Shown: one piece after another, positions 1 through 13,164 of the stretch
How the letters are laid out: each line of letters begins with the position of its first letter
How positions within the stretch are numbered: the first letter of the stretch is position 1
DNA from: Heterodontus francisci
Taxonomy: Eukaryota
Direction: 5' to 3'
NCBI RefSeq assembly: GCF_036365525.1
Contig: NC_090408.1
Location: forward strand, 15,539,599 to 15,603,598
Length of the DNA: 64,000 bases
Made by a program: the position numbers and the translations under genes
Notes under the pieces: model-generated
Told to the model about the DNA's origin: nothing
Seen by the model: the letters and a program-made list of their open reading frames with translations, nothing else
The model's database searches: none

Positions 1-100
1 TTTGTTTCATTCTGATCTACATAAAATGATTATATTTGTTGATTCAGTCCCAAGACAGCCATTATTTTGAAGAAGTCATTATTTTGAAGACAAGGATTAT

Positions 101-820
101 CCTTTCTTTGACCTCCTTGTCTTGAGAGACAATGGTTAAGCGCCTAGAGGTGGTCAGTGGTTTGTGGAGCAGCGCCTGGAGTGGCTATAAAGGCCAATTC
201 TAGAGTGTCAGACTCTTCCACTGGCGCTGCAGATAAAATTGGTTGTCGGGGCTGTTACACAGTTTGCTCTCTCCTTACATTTCTGTCTCTTTTCCTGCCA
301 ACTGCTAAGTCTCTTCGACTCTCCTCTCTTTAGCCCCGCCTTTATAGCTGTCCGCCAGCTCTGGCAATCGCTGGCAACTGACTCCCACGACTTGTGGTCA
401 ATGTCGCAGGACTTCATGTCGCTTTTGTAGACATCTTAAAGCATCGACATGGACGGCCAGTGGGTCTGATACCAGTGGCGAGCTCTCTGGACAATGCATC
501 CTTGGGGATCCTGCCATCTTCCATGCGGCTCACATGGCCAAGCCATCTCAAGTGCCGCTGGCTCAGTAGAGCGTATATGCTGGGGATGTTGGCCGCCTCA
601 AGGACTTCTGCGTTGGAGATACGGTCCTGCCACCTGATGCAAAGGATTCTCTGGAGACAGCGAAGATGGAATGCGTTGAGACGTCACTCTTGGCTGACAC
701 ACATTGTCCAGACCTCGCTGCTTTAGAGCAAGGTACTGAGTACACAGGCTTGAAACAGTCAGACTTTTGTGTTCCGTTTCAGTGCGCCATTTTCCCACAT
801 CCTCTTGGCCAGTCTGGGTC
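101..820 (-). mobile_element. 5'-truncated RTE-clade LINE (3' end of ORF)
   Basis: Matches the 3' end of the long RTE at 40810-41530 (RWLGHVSRMEDGRIPK, CKSDMKSCDID). Flanked by a 59-bp imperfect direct repeat. Confidence 0.9.
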
Positions 821-1629
821 ATTCAGTCCCAAGACAGCTAGTAAATGTTTGAAGTCATTATTTTGAATACAAGGATTATACAGTAAACCAATTAACTCAT
901 TCTCAGTAAAGCACTCTTATTAGTTGTTTGTGCTCTCTGTATTTATCATCAAATTAAGTTTGAAAAAATGTTAACCATTTTATGCAAAACCCTTCAGCTA
1001 ATAGTTCGTATTTAAATTAAGGGTTATAGTGGTGCCATGTATCTGTGCTCCAAGCAACACCACAGAATAATGGGACTTGTATGAGATTTATAGTTGTGAA
1101 CGTGAGTTAACAGTCTTGGCTGCATGACTGAAGATTGTTGGTACTTGGAGGGGGAGGCATTTTCTCCTCAAGGGAGAAAGGCCAGAATGAGTCACCATGA
1201 TTGCTCTTTCACATTTATTGAAAAAAAAATTAGAATGGTAGAAATCAGAAAGAAGGTGGCTCTAGAATTGTAGAATCCTGCAGCACAGAAGGCAGTCATT
1301 TGGCCCTCATGCATGTGCAAGATGCTTGAAAGGGCTATGCAGTTAATCTCACTACCCCACTCTTTCTCCAGAGCCTGGCAAAGTACCTGTCCTCTTGAGG
1401 CTGCTATTCAGCTCATGGGGGCTTGGGTTGGGAACAAATGGGGAAGAAATCTGCTGCGCAAAGGAAGTTGAGCTGATCCAATATAAACCTGTTTGGAAAG
1501 CTGATCCAACTCATTGATCTTGAAGTCTTATTGTCTCCTGTTATTTTCCTAATATGGCTGGCAAGATGAAAAATTGTTCAGTTTCTTGAGTTAGCACTGT
1601 AGTCTAGCACAAATAGCTGAGGGTGTCCT

Positions 1630-3388
1630 CATAAGAACATAATAAATAGGAGCAAGCGTAGGCCATTTGGCCCCTCGAGCCTGCTGTACCATTCAGTCAG
1701 ATCATGGCTGATCTAATTGTTTGCCTTCACCCACTTTCCTGCTTGCCCCTCATTACCCTCGACTCGCTTGTAGATCAAGAATTTGACCAGCTTAGCCTTG
1801 AATATATTCAATGACCCAGCCTCCACTGTTCTCTGGGGTAGAGAATTCCAAAGATTAACAGTCCTCTGAGAGAAGAAATTCCTCCTCATCTCCATCATAA
1901 ATGGGAGCCCCCTTGTTTGAAACTGTGTCCCCTAGTTCTAGATTCCCCCATGAAGAGAAACATCCTCTCAGTATCTACCCTGTCAATCCCCCTCAGATTC
2001 TTTTACATTTCCATAAGATCACATCTCATTCTTCTAAACTCCAGTAAGTATAGGCCCAACCTGCTCCACCTTTCCTCAGAAGACAATCCCTTCATCCCAG
2101 GTATCAACCTTGTGAACCTTCTCTGGACTGCCTCCAATGCAAGTATATTCCTCCTTAAATAAGCAGACCAAAACTGTATACAGCACTCTAGGTGTGATCT
2201 CACCAACGCCCTGTACATTTGTAGCAAGACTGCTTTATATTTATTCTCCATCCCCCTTGCAATAAAGGGCAACATTCAGTTTGCATAATTAATTGCAGTA
2301 CCTGCATGCTAGCTTTTCATGATTTACGTACGAGGACACCCAGATCCCTCTGTAATGCAGCATTCTGCAATTCTGCAGTCTCTCTCCATTTAAATAATCT
2401 GCTTTTCTGTTCTTTCCACCAAAGCAGACAACCTTACTTTTTCCCACATTATACTCCATCTGCCAAACTTATGCCCGCTTACTTAACCTATCTATATCCG
2501 TTTGCAGACTCTGTGTCCTCCTCACAACTTGCTTTCGTACTTCCCATCGTAGCATCAGCAAATTTGGCTATAATACACTTGGTCCCTTTGTCCAAGTCAT
2601 TAATATAGATTGTAAATAGTTGAGGCCCCATCACTGATCCCTGTGGCACTCCACTAGTTAGTTTGCCAACTTGAAAATGACCTGTTTACCCAACTCTGTT
2701 TCCTTTTAGCCAATCCTCAATCCATTCTAATATATTATGCTCAACACCTTGAGCCCTTATGCAGTAACCTTTTATGTGGCACCTTTATTGAATGCCTTTT
2801 GGAAATCTAACTACATTACATCTACTGGTTCCCCTTTATCTGCACTGCTTGTTACATCCTCAAAGACTCTGTCAAACATGATTTTCCTTTCACAAAACGA
2901 TGTTCACTCTACTTGATTGTATTATGATTTTGTAAATGCCCTGCTACTAATACCTTAAGAGATTCCAGCAATTCCCGATGACAGATGTTAGGCTAACCGG
3001 CCTATAGTTTCCTGCTTTCTGTCTCCCTCCTCTCTCAGAAGTGTTACATTTGCAGTTTTCCAATCTGCTGGGATCTTTCCAGAATCTAGGGAGTTTTGGA
3101 AGATTACAACCCATGCATCCACTATCTCTGTAGCCACTTTGTTTGAGACCCTAGGATGCAGCACATCAGGTCCAGGGAACTTTTCAGCCTTTAGTCCCAT
3201 TTGTTTTCCTTGTACTTTTTCTCTAGTGATAGTGATTATTTTAAGTTCTTCCCTCCCTTTTGCCCCTTGATTTTCTACTATTCTTGGGATTTGTTGTGTC
3301 TTCTGTGAAAACGGATTCAAAATACTTGTTCAAAGTCTCTGCCATTCCCTTGTTTCCCATTTATTAATTCCCAGTCTCCTCCTCTGAG
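1630..3388 (-). mobile_element. CR1-clade LINE fragment (RT and 3' end)
   Basis: PGPDVLHPR, DWKTANVT, LVRSHLECCIQFWS and NFFSQRTVNLWNSLP motifs; AAGAACAT-type tail at 1631. Confidence 0.9.
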
Positions 3389-3505
3389 TTTACCTGGATA
3401 ATGTGTACTTTTTGTTCATTTGTGATTTTAGTAAAATGGTGAATGTTTAATAGTTTGTGTTTTTGAATTTATATGGCTACCTTAGAAGAGTAAGGTCACA
3501 AGTTA

Positions 3506-3850
3506 TTTTAGTTTAGTTTTGAGATACAGCACTGAAACAGGCCCTTCGGCCCACCACGTCTGTGCCGACCATCAACCACCCATTTATACTAATCCTACAC
3601 TAATTCCACATTCCTACCACATCCCCACCTGTCCTGATATTTCCCTACCACCTACCTATACTAGGGGCAATTTATAATGGCCAATTTACCTATCAACCTG
3701 CAAGTCTTTGGCATGTGGGAGGAAACCAGAGTACCTGGAGAAAATCCACGCAGACACAGGGAGAACTTGCAAACTCCACACAGGCAGGACCCAGAATTGA
3801 ACCCGGGTCGCTGGAGCTGTGAGGCTGCGGTGCTGACCACTGCGCCGCCT
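3506..3850 (-). mobile_element. tRNA-derived V-domain SINE (HE1-like)
   Basis: A box TGGTCAG / B box GGTTCAATTC head, V-domain GTTTGCAAGTTCTCCCTGTG, CR1-like 3' end GGGCCGAAGGGCCTGTTTC. Nine copies in the window. Confidence 0.9.
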
Positions 3851-6027
3851 TTAACATCATGTATGACAACTACATGCATTAAACGTATTTTGATACAGCC
3901 ATATTTGCCGGACCATAAGATGCACCAGGATTTTAAAAGGAAATATTTGGATGTAACCTTTGGACAATACAGCATAAGACAATTTTAGGTGAATCTTTTT
4001 CCAGAAAAAAGTGTGTCTTATGGTCCAGCACATATGGTACTTTTGTTTCATATTAGAACATTCTAGCTGCATAAAAATGCCTGAGTGAATTATAAAGCAA
4101 TAATTTTGATTTGATGAGATCACAGCCTGCAGTAAATTAAATTATGGTCAGAAGTCACTGGAAGGGATCAATTATTGGCTTGAAACTATCTGATGAATTC
4201 TGTTCACCATGCTTTTTATGGTGATTTTCATGTTCCCTGATTTTAAAATCTGGAAGCTTCCTGATTTTCTATGTTGGATCACCAAAAACATTGCATTTTT
4301 AAGACCGCTTGTAAAAGTACCAGAGTTTTTAAAATGGTAAAATGTCCTTTGTGAAAAAAGGCAAAATTCAGTTGTCTCATTGTATGTCCAGAGACTACTT
4401 GGATCTTTTTTCGGGACTGCAATGATCCCTTTTTAAATTTTTATTAAAACATTGGGGTTTGGAGTGGGGAGGGCTGATTCCTAGAACTGTATTTATATTT
4501 GGTAATTCTGTTCATGTATAAGTTTCTGTAGGATTGCATATTTTTCTGATGTCATAGTTATTTCATTCTGTTTATTTATTCCTACTAGATGTGATCCTCA
4601 TTCTCTGTTTTCTGCATTGCTTTATCAATTTGGGTGTAAGTATGGAGGTATAAGTAGGTTGCACACTTTCCAGCAGAGATCACAAAATGCTGAAACTTTA
4701 GCTGATTTCTCCCCTCCCTCCCCCACTGATCAAAAGCTACTGAAACTAATTGAGTTGTTAATTCTACTTCTGCTGAGATCATCTAATTCAATGTAACCCT
4801 GAAATTGAACCTCTTGTTTCATGATCAATATCCTGCTACATGCTGTCATTGCCAACTGAACTATTAGAAGAGATCTTAACCTTTATTTAATTCAATGCAT
4901 ACAATAGATTGAATGCTGTCTATTTGGTTTCCAGAGTCATGCTGAGAATGAAGCCCCAAGCTGTACTATAATGTAACAGCTAAAGCCACAGATTGTCAGG
5001 GCCGAATCCTTCAGCAGATGAATGTATTTCTGATTTAGTTTTTTTGAATGATTACTTGGAACATAGAATTGTGTCGGTTTCAGAAGAAATGTTTGATTTT
5101 TAAAAAATGAGTGACTGCTGGAACACCTCATTAAATGAAGTAATCTTGGCATCAAAAGGTTTCTAATATCCGAGTACTGTAATGTTTAAAAAGATTCATT
5201 CTTAAGGTGATCTGAAGCATTCTGTAAGTGCAAGAAAAATTTGTATCAATGTAGTTGTTTACTATGTGAAAAAGCAGTGTTATCTAAAAATGTAAATCTA
5301 AAACCGCACAGTCCTTTGGATACCTCGAGTTGAAACTTTGACTATTTTATTTAGCACATAATGTAATCCAACATTGAATCAATTACAGTGCAGGCTTGAA
5401 ATGGAGCCGACGCTAGCAACTCCAATCTAAATTGTTTCTGCTTAATAGAAACTGTCAATCTTTCCATTTTAGATGCGAGAGAAATGAATCCTTCCAAGTA
5501 AATTTTCCTTCAGATAGATGTTCTCATTAATGGAGTCCCATTAAGTCGTGTCACGTCATACATTTTTGTCAAAATACTGCTAAGTTGTAAAATTATTTTT
5601 TTTTTTGCTTTAGCTATTCATTCATGACATCTGTATAAATGAAAATGATGCACGTATAAAAAAAATTACTTGCTCCAACAAATGTGATAAACTCTGGAGA
5701 AATTATATGAAGACTCTGATTATATAACTGAAGTGGCCTTTAAGAGTGATTCAGCTCAGTAATTTTATTTTCATTTGGGTCAGTTTTGTTTGATTAGTGC
5801 CCCCACCTCCCCAACACACACATTCAATTTCTATCTATCAGCTGTCACCTTTTAGAAGTTGTGTTTGGATGTGAGCGACACATTTCTTTGTTCTTTAATT
5901 CCTGACAAATTTTAGTAAACTTCAAGTGCAATAATAATCAATGAGTTCTTAATGAAAAATTGCTGCTTCATGAACATTTGCTGGAAATCAGATATTTCAA
6001 TTTCAGCCAGCTCTTAAATTTGTTTTC

Positions 6028-6338
6028 TTGTTTAGTTTAATTTAGAGATACAGCACTGAAACAGGCCCTTCGGCCCACCGAGTCTGTGCCGACCATCAAC
6101 CACCCATTTATACTAATCCTACATTCCTACCACATCCCCACATTTCCCTACCACCTACCTATACTAGGGGCAACTTATAATGGCCAATTTACCTACCAAC
6201 CTGCAAGCCTTTTTTGGAGCACCCGGAGAAAACCCACACAGACACAGGGAGAACTTGCAAACTCCACACAGGCAGTACCCAGAATTGAACCCGGGTTACT
6301 GGAGCTGTGAGGCTGCGGTGCGAACCACTGCGCCGCCT
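6028..6338 (-). mobile_element. tRNA-derived V-domain SINE (HE1-like)
   Basis: Near-identical to 3506-3850. Confidence 0.9.
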
Positions 6339-6997
6339 GTGTGTTACCTACTAAAATCTCAACTTTACTTTTTTTATCCCCCCTTCTGTCCTTGCTTGTC
6401 CCTTGCCTTCCCACCCTCATCTTCCAGGAAAAAGAATTACAAATGAAAAATCAGCCTTGGATGCACAAATCCACTTGTAGTGCAGCTTATATGTTGTCAT
6501 TGATTTAAGATTAGGGTGTCTTATTTCTATATTCTTTGTACCTATGAATAAATTGTTATGTAATTGAGGATTTTACAATGTATTCAAATTATGAAATATT
6601 AACTTGAAGTTTCAAATTTACTACATTAATAAATATCTTTTATACTGTGCTATTTCATTTTACCTCTGTTTTCCTTATTTTTATATGGAGCTTAAACTTG
6701 GTGAAAATTATGTATTGGTTTTGCTATGTCACTGAATATCCTCACACCAATATAGTTCTACATCCCAGCGAGCAGGTTGTCATTGGAGAGTCCAATCTCC
6801 AGCAGTAGTGTCGATCACAAGATTTGGTGGGTTCTTACCTGCCCCCCATTCTATGCTCGTCTGAGGGGACAAGTTTTTTTCATGCAAGGTCTTGACAAAA
6901 ATGAGTTTAACACAAAATCGACCCTTAAGTTTGCATACCAAGCTCAAACTAATCTAGAGATTCAAATCCACATCATTCCCTTACGTAGGGGTTACAG

Positions 6998-7890
6998 CAG
7001 GGTTATCCAACCTTTTGCGCAAGGGGGGCCACATTACAATTTTTGTTTTACTTTGGGGGCCGGTGAGAAAATTTCAGAAAGATAAAGGCATTAAACATTT
7101 ATCTTCCTATTCATCAAAACAACAACGAAGGTGCATTTTTGTGAAGAAGCTTTAAATGAGAAGACCAATTTATTGACTTTCTGGTCACTCTATTGGACAC
7201 TGATTTAGATAACTGGCATTTTTTTGCTTGCACAAGTAATCAGTGTTTGCCTGTACACATGTAGCAATGTGGAGTATTCTGGATAGATGTCTCTCTCTGC
7301 CAGGCTTTCTCTGCCCTTCTCTTTCTCTGTCTTCCCCACCCACCCCCCCTCCCCCCCCAACACTCTATCTCTCTTCCACCTCTCTCTTTCTCTTTACCCT
7401 CTTTCCTCTTTCTCCGCCCCTCTCTGTCCCCCTTTCTCTCTCTGTCCCCCTTTCCCTCTCTCTCTCTCTCTATCCCCCTTTTATTGTCTCTCTCTATCCC
7501 AATTTCTCTCACTCTGTCTCAGACAGTTGCAGATAGCAGGAATGCTCAGCTGGTGCTTGATCAGTTTTTGTAAATCGCAAGTCAGTTTCGACCTGCCAGA
7601 TTCTGACATCAGGAACAGCAGTGTCTGAACATTGGACAGATTTGGGGTTTTCTAGCAGTCTTTTAAGAAAAACTCCAAATCTGTCTGAAGTTCAGAAACT
7701 GCTGTTCCTGATGTCAGGATCTGTCAGCTGTGAAATTGATTTGCGATCTTCTTTAAAAGCCGCTCTAACGATGCAGAATTTCTCATCTCCAGTCACCGAC
7801 CCCCGGTGAGGATGAGGAACAGCCCCGTGTCCAGTTTGCAGCCACGGATTGGATGGAAACCTTTGGCGAGTCGGATGTTGGACAACCCTG
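6998..7890. mobile_element. Non-autonomous hAT (Charlie-type) DNA transposon
   Basis: TIR CAGGGTTATCCAAC ... GTTGGACAACCCTG (1 mismatch in 14). Perfect 8-bp TSD GGTTACAG at 6990-6997 and 7891-7898. Contains a CT-rich tract (about 7290-7520) and an internal inverted repeat. Confidence 0.92.
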
Positions 7891-8016
7891 GGTTACAGTT
7901 ACATGTCCTATGAGACCCAGGATTTATCTACTGGCTACCTGTCAGGTTTTCATTGTTCTATACTGGTTGTATCGGATATAATTTAAATAACAGTGCCAAA
8001 CATCAATGTGAACACA

Positions 8017-8345
8017 TTTTATTTATTTAGAGATACAGCACTGAAACAGGCCCTTCGGCCCACCGAGTCTGTGCTGACCAACAACCACCCATTTATACTA
8101 ATCCTACATCAATCCCATATTCCCTACCACATCCCCACTGTTCTCCTACCATCTACCCACACTAGGGGCAATTTACAATGGCCAATTTACCTATCAACCT
8201 GCAAGTCTTTGGCTGTGGGAGGAAACCGGAGCACCCGGCGCGGAAACCCACGCAGTCACAGGGAGAACTTGCAAACTCTGCACAGGCAGTACCCAGAACT
8301 GAACCCGGGTCGCTGGAGCAGTGAGGCTGCGGTGCTAGCCACTGT
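8017..8345 (-). mobile_element. tRNA-derived V-domain SINE (HE1-like)
   Basis: Same family as 3506-3850. Confidence 0.9.
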
Positions 8346-8809
8346 AACGCCCCATATAATTCATAAATCAGCAGTATTACACATGGTAAGAATGACTGCA
8401 ATTCTAAAGAGGCAGCAAAGTGTGTAGAACTGGCTGAATATTTTGTGATGCCCCTGTAAATTGAAGATTGTAGGTTAGCACTTTAACGGCAAAGAATTCT
8501 TGGAAATATTGTGATTTTAATGTGTAGGAAGCAGGGCGAGGGCAGACTGGTGGTGTGGTTCTTTATTCCTGTGACCTACACAATAGCACCAGTTCAATTT
8601 TTTTTCCCCCACAGCAATTGGACTACGTTCCTTACTCCAAGGTTCATGTTCTGTCTAATTAAACCAGTTCTTGTTCGTAGGTTTCAGGTTAGATTCACAG
8701 TTTGCTCAATTTACTTGTTTATATTGGCACAGTTTGTGTATCGTCTCCTTTTTCAAGTTTTAATTTTGAACACCCATTGCCAAGTGTGTCATTCTGGATC
8801 TAATTTGAC

Positions 8810-9173
8810 CCTAAAGAGACTACTGAGTAAAGGCTGGCTCGGGTCTGCAAATGAAACATGACCTGAGCCCAACAGAACCACATCCAACCTGAGCCCGAGT
8901 CCTGCCATTTTTTCCAACGCCTGACCCGACCCGACCCGACCACCAGAATGTTCAGTTAATCTAGCTTCTATTTTTCACTTTTTAAGCTTGTGCAGATAAG
9001 CAACAAAAACTGTAACTAGACTTGAAATGTTGTTTAAAAAGTACATTAAGATTGGAGCCACGTGTCTGAGAGGTGATAATGTGTCAGACCCGGCCCGACC
9101 CGAGCCTGAAAGCCAGACCCAGAAGAGCGACCGAAACTCAACACGTCTGGTCCCGTCGGGTTGCCATGCTCTA
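8810..9173. mobile_element. Probable decayed non-autonomous DNA transposon (hAT-like) with GACCC(G) subterminal repeats
   Basis: Multiple GACCCGACCCG / CCGAGCC motifs near both ends; right end GGTTGCCATGCTCTA. TIR and TSD not cleanly resolved. Confidence 0.45.
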
Positions 9174-9633
9174 GTGCTTAGCTACCCCACAAGGAGGATA
9201 GTCACCAGTTGGTTGTTAAACTGACAAGTGCAGGTTTTATTCCTTGCTAATGAATACCAATACCAGCAGCACCTCGGAAGCAACAAAGCAGAATGTTCAG
9301 TATCAAACGGAAATGTACTGTCACTATCCTGCTGACTGCAGCACAGACACACATCATACTACAATTGGAGGTGCAAGGCTTCAGCAGCAGCAGCTACCAA
9401 CCTCTGTTTCATCACATATACCTTCAGCATGTGAATGAACATTACAGGGTCATGGCTGGAATACCTCTTCACCAAAGCCCTTTTCAGGGATATCCAAGTT
9501 CAGCACTGTACTACATTCACTCATCATCAACTTGGTTAATGCAAGACTTTTGGCAGAGTTGTGCTGTGCATGTGAGTGACTTTACCTTCAGGGTGTTCAT
9601 GACTGGTTAGTGTCAGTCAGAGTTCTCCCTTCC

Positions 9634-10650
9634 AGACAGGAAACAGAGTAGGGATAAATGGGTCTTTGTCCGAATGGCAGGCAGTGATTAGTGGGTTACT
9701 GCAGGGATTGGTGCCAGGACTCCAGCTATTCACAATATATATTAGTGATTTAGATGAGGGAACTAAATGTAATATCTCCAAATTTGCAGATGACAAAAAA
9801 CTGGGTGGGAGGGTGAGTTGTGAGGAGGATGCAGAGAGGCTTCAGGGTGATTTGGACAAGTTGAGTGAGTGGGTTAATGCATGGCAGATGCAGTATAATG
9901 TGGATAAATGTGAGGTTATCCACTGTGGTAGCAAAAACAGGAAGGTAGATTATTATCTGAACGGCTGTAAACTGAGAGAGGGGAATATGCAGCAAGACCT
10001 GGGTGTTCTCGTACACCAGTCGCTGAAGGTACGCATGCAGGTGCAACAGGTGGTAAAAAAGGCAAATGGTATGTTGGCCTTCATAGCAAGAGGATTCAAG
10101 TACAGGAGTAGGGATGCCTTGCTGCAATTATACAGGGTCTTGGTTTCCTTATCTGAGGAAAGATGTTCTTGCTATAGAGGGAGTGCAGCGAATTCATGGG
10201 ATGGTGGGACTGACATATAAGGAGAGATTGAGTCGGTTCGGATTATATTCGCTGGAGTTCAGAAGAGTGAGGGAGGATCTCATAGAAACCTATAACATTC
10301 TAACAGGACTTGACAGGGTAGATGCAGGAAGGATGTTCCCGATGGTGGGGCAGTCCAGAACCAGTGGTCATAATCCTGAAAGGTCTACCCCATATTCTGA
10401 GACTGAGATGAGGAGAAATTTCTTCATCCAGTGAGTGGTGAGCCTGTGGAATTCACTACCACAGAAAGCAGTTGAGGCCAAAACATTGTATGTTTTCAAG
10501 AAGGAGTTAGATATAGCTCTTGGGTCTAAAGGGTATGGGGCGAAAGCAGGAACAGGCTACTGAGTTGGATGATCAGCCATGATCATAATGAATGGCGGAG
10601 CAGGCTCGAAGGACCAAATGGCCTACTCCTGCTCCTATTTTCTATGTGTT
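9634..10650 (+). mobile_element. CR1-clade LINE fragment
   Basis: ISKFADDKKLGG, WQMQYNVDKCEVIH and KKANGMLAFIARG motifs. Confidence 0.9.
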
Positions 10651-10670
10651 TTTCCTGGTCTGAATCACTG

Positions 10671-11247
10671 TAGCCCAAATTTTACATTGGGTGGGAGGCC
10701 CATTCCACTGGCCAAAAAAGTCAAGGGCAAGCCCACCTCTGCTGGTCCCAGGAGGCACACCAGGATTTTATGCCTCCCAGGCTCTTAATTGGCCTTGGAT
10801 GGGGCTTCCACCCTCTGAGGCAAAAAGTCCTGCCTCCAAGAGCTGCTCTCAGTCCCAGCAGCGTCTCTGGGAACGGTGGCCATTTCTGTGACTGCACCCA
10901 GCCTCAGCAGCAAGAGGGGCACTGGCCCCGGGCTGAGGGAATGGTTTTGGTGGCCTCGCTGGTGACAATCAGCCAGGGCTGGACGGGCAAGGCAAAGGAG
11001 GGTGGGAGGCGTGTTGTGTAATGGGGGCAGTTCAGCTGTTGAGGGGGAAAGCCCTCTGTGGGGGCACAGGGTGCCCAATCAGGCGGGCCTGCACCACCCC
11101 CCCCCCACCCCCAGCCCACAAGGAAGCTGGCAGGTTTTACCTGGTGGCCTCCTGGGATACCTCTGCCAGCTGTCGGCTGCCCCCTCAACTCAATTTTACA
11201 ATACCCCCCACCAGCCCGGTCCTGCGGGTGGGTGTAGAATTCTGGCC
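10671..11247. mobile_element. GC-rich MITE, probably Harbinger-type
   Basis: Ends GCCCAAATTTTAC ... GTAGAATTCTGGCC. Subterminal hairpin architecture similar to 58867-59612. Confidence 0.55.
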
Positions 11248-11292
11248 AATAGACCTCAGGAAGATTTTTAATTGCATGCTTATAATGGGAGA

Positions 11293-12022
11293 AGCTAACC
11301 ATCACCCCTTGACATTCAATGGCATTATGATTGCTGAATCCCCCACTATCAACATCCTGGGGTGTGGTTAACCATTGACCAGAAACTGAACTGGAGTAGC
11401 CATATAAAAATACTGTGGCTACAAGAGCAGGTCAGAAGCTAGGTGGCGAGTAACTCACCACCTGACTCCCCAATGCCTGTCCACCATCTACAAGGCACAA
11501 GTCAGGAGTGTGATGGAATACTGTGCACTTGACTGGATGGGTGCAGCTCCAACAACACTCAAGAAGCTTGACACCATCCAGGACAAAGCAACCCACTTGA
11601 TTGGCACCCCTTCCACAAACCTTCACCCCTTCCACCACCGACGCATAGTGGCAGCAGTGTACACCATCAACATGATCCACTGCAGCAACGCACCAAGGCT
11701 CCCTAGACAGCACCTTCCAAACCCGCAACCACTACCACCTTGAAGGACAAGGGCAGCAGATGCATGGGAACACCACCACCTGCAAGTTCCACTCCAAGCC
11801 GCACACCATCCTGACTTGGAACTATATCACCATTCCTTCACTGTCACTGGGTCAAAATCGTGAAACTCCCTTCCTAACAGCACTGTGGGTGTACCTGCCA
11901 CACATGGACTGCAGTGGTTCAAGAAGGCAGCTCACCACCAGCTTCTCAAGGGCAATTAGGGATGGGAAATAAATGCTGTCCTAGCCAGTGACGCCCACAT
12001 CCCATGAATGAATTTTAAAAAA
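11293..12022 (+). mobile_element. LINE family B (CR1/L2-group) 3' fragment
   Basis: YKAQVRSVMEYCALDWMGAAPTTLKKLDTIQDKA; tail GGGCAATTAGGGATGGG..TAAATGCTG...CCCATGAATGAAT. Confidence 0.85.
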
Positions 12023-12149
12023 TTTAGTGCAATTCCTGGCTGAAGTTGGCATCCGCCTGGACCTGTGTGCTGAAATGAAAGAACCCTGTATCCTTTAAAG
12101 AAAACCCTTTGAGGTACTCACCACAAGTGGAATGCCTACCACCATATCC

Positions 12150-13050
12150 TACTAGTTAACCTGTTCAAGATGGCAGGTAGAGTGTACAGGAGTCCCAGGT
12201 GGGTCCATAACATTTTCAGCAATGAGCAAAAGTGCTTACATAATTTTCAGAAATGTCTGGAGGAGACACTGTAAGCTGTTCCTGGATGATACCATCTGAT
12301 ACATTGTTGGTGAATTTATTGAATAGGTTGGGCAACATTGAACAACTTCACCTCTCCCCTTTTTCAGGAAAGCTAAGTTTAGTGAGCCTCCCATCCACCT
12401 TTACACAGGCCTTGGTGTTCAGATAAATCAAAGATCTCCCTGTGTACTCGCATAGATTCCAGGGCTGAGTTGAAAGTCTTGGGAAAATGAAAGAAATGAT
12501 TTTAAGTGGGTTTCCCAAGAGTCATTCTGTGCTCTGCAAATAAAGCCACTACACATTCCATATGAATGGAATCCAATTAGTTGAATTCTGGTTACTGTCT
12601 GCCTCTCAAACATCAGATATTCCTGCCATGACAACCCAAATAGTTACTTTGTGGACTACTCATTTCTGAGCTTCTGTGGTGTATTTTGGGATTGTAACAG
12701 GACCCTTCTTGTACTTTGGAGCACACAGGCTGTACGTGCCTCAAGCAGAACTTTATTTTCTAGCCTCAGGTGGTCAGCTGTACAGTGACTCAATGTTTCC
12801 TGGTATAATTCATTGGACCATTACTGTTCATCTTGCTGCATCAGATTTTAAGGAATTTGACTTCAGCAGCATCCATGCCTGCTACCTCACCAGTAGTTTG
12901 GCAAGACATCACCTTCCAACCTTTATGCAGATGTTTCTTGCTACAGGGTGTTGTGTCATGCCAACTTGGCATAATATTTTCTTCTACCCTTAAGAGTACT
13001 CTTGTGAGTTTGTTGTAAAGAACTGGACTCCCACTAGTCATAAACAACCT
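12150..13050 (-). mobile_element. Ancient, heavily decayed LINE RT remnant
   Basis: Around 12310-12410 the minus strand gives CVKVDGRLT..F..KRG and, after a frameshift, CSMLPNLFNKF, resembling the RT QG.LSP.LFN region. Confidence 0.4.
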
Positions 13051-13164
13051 CATCAATTATGAATGATAAAATACTTTTAAGCAATAAAAAAAACTTGGGA
13101 TCATTTGTGTGTCATTATTTACCTTTTCAGATGAATGTATCCCAAATGGTCATCAGCCTCAGGA

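Noticed and set aside
3661-3988. Recurrent ORFs of the MANLPINLQVF...ENLQTPHRQ type (also at 6180, 7993, 13314, 17854, 63080)
   Set aside because: Antisense translations of the V-SINE, not a gene family.
3850-6750. AT-rich unique DNA with + strand AATAAA (about 6547 and 6628), resembling the 3' UTR of a convergent gene
   Set aside because: No coding exon or splice evidence in the window; composition alone is insufficient.
7240-7628. Arg/Glu- and Ser/Leu/Pro-rich ORFs
   Set aside because: Translations of a CT-rich low-complexity tract.
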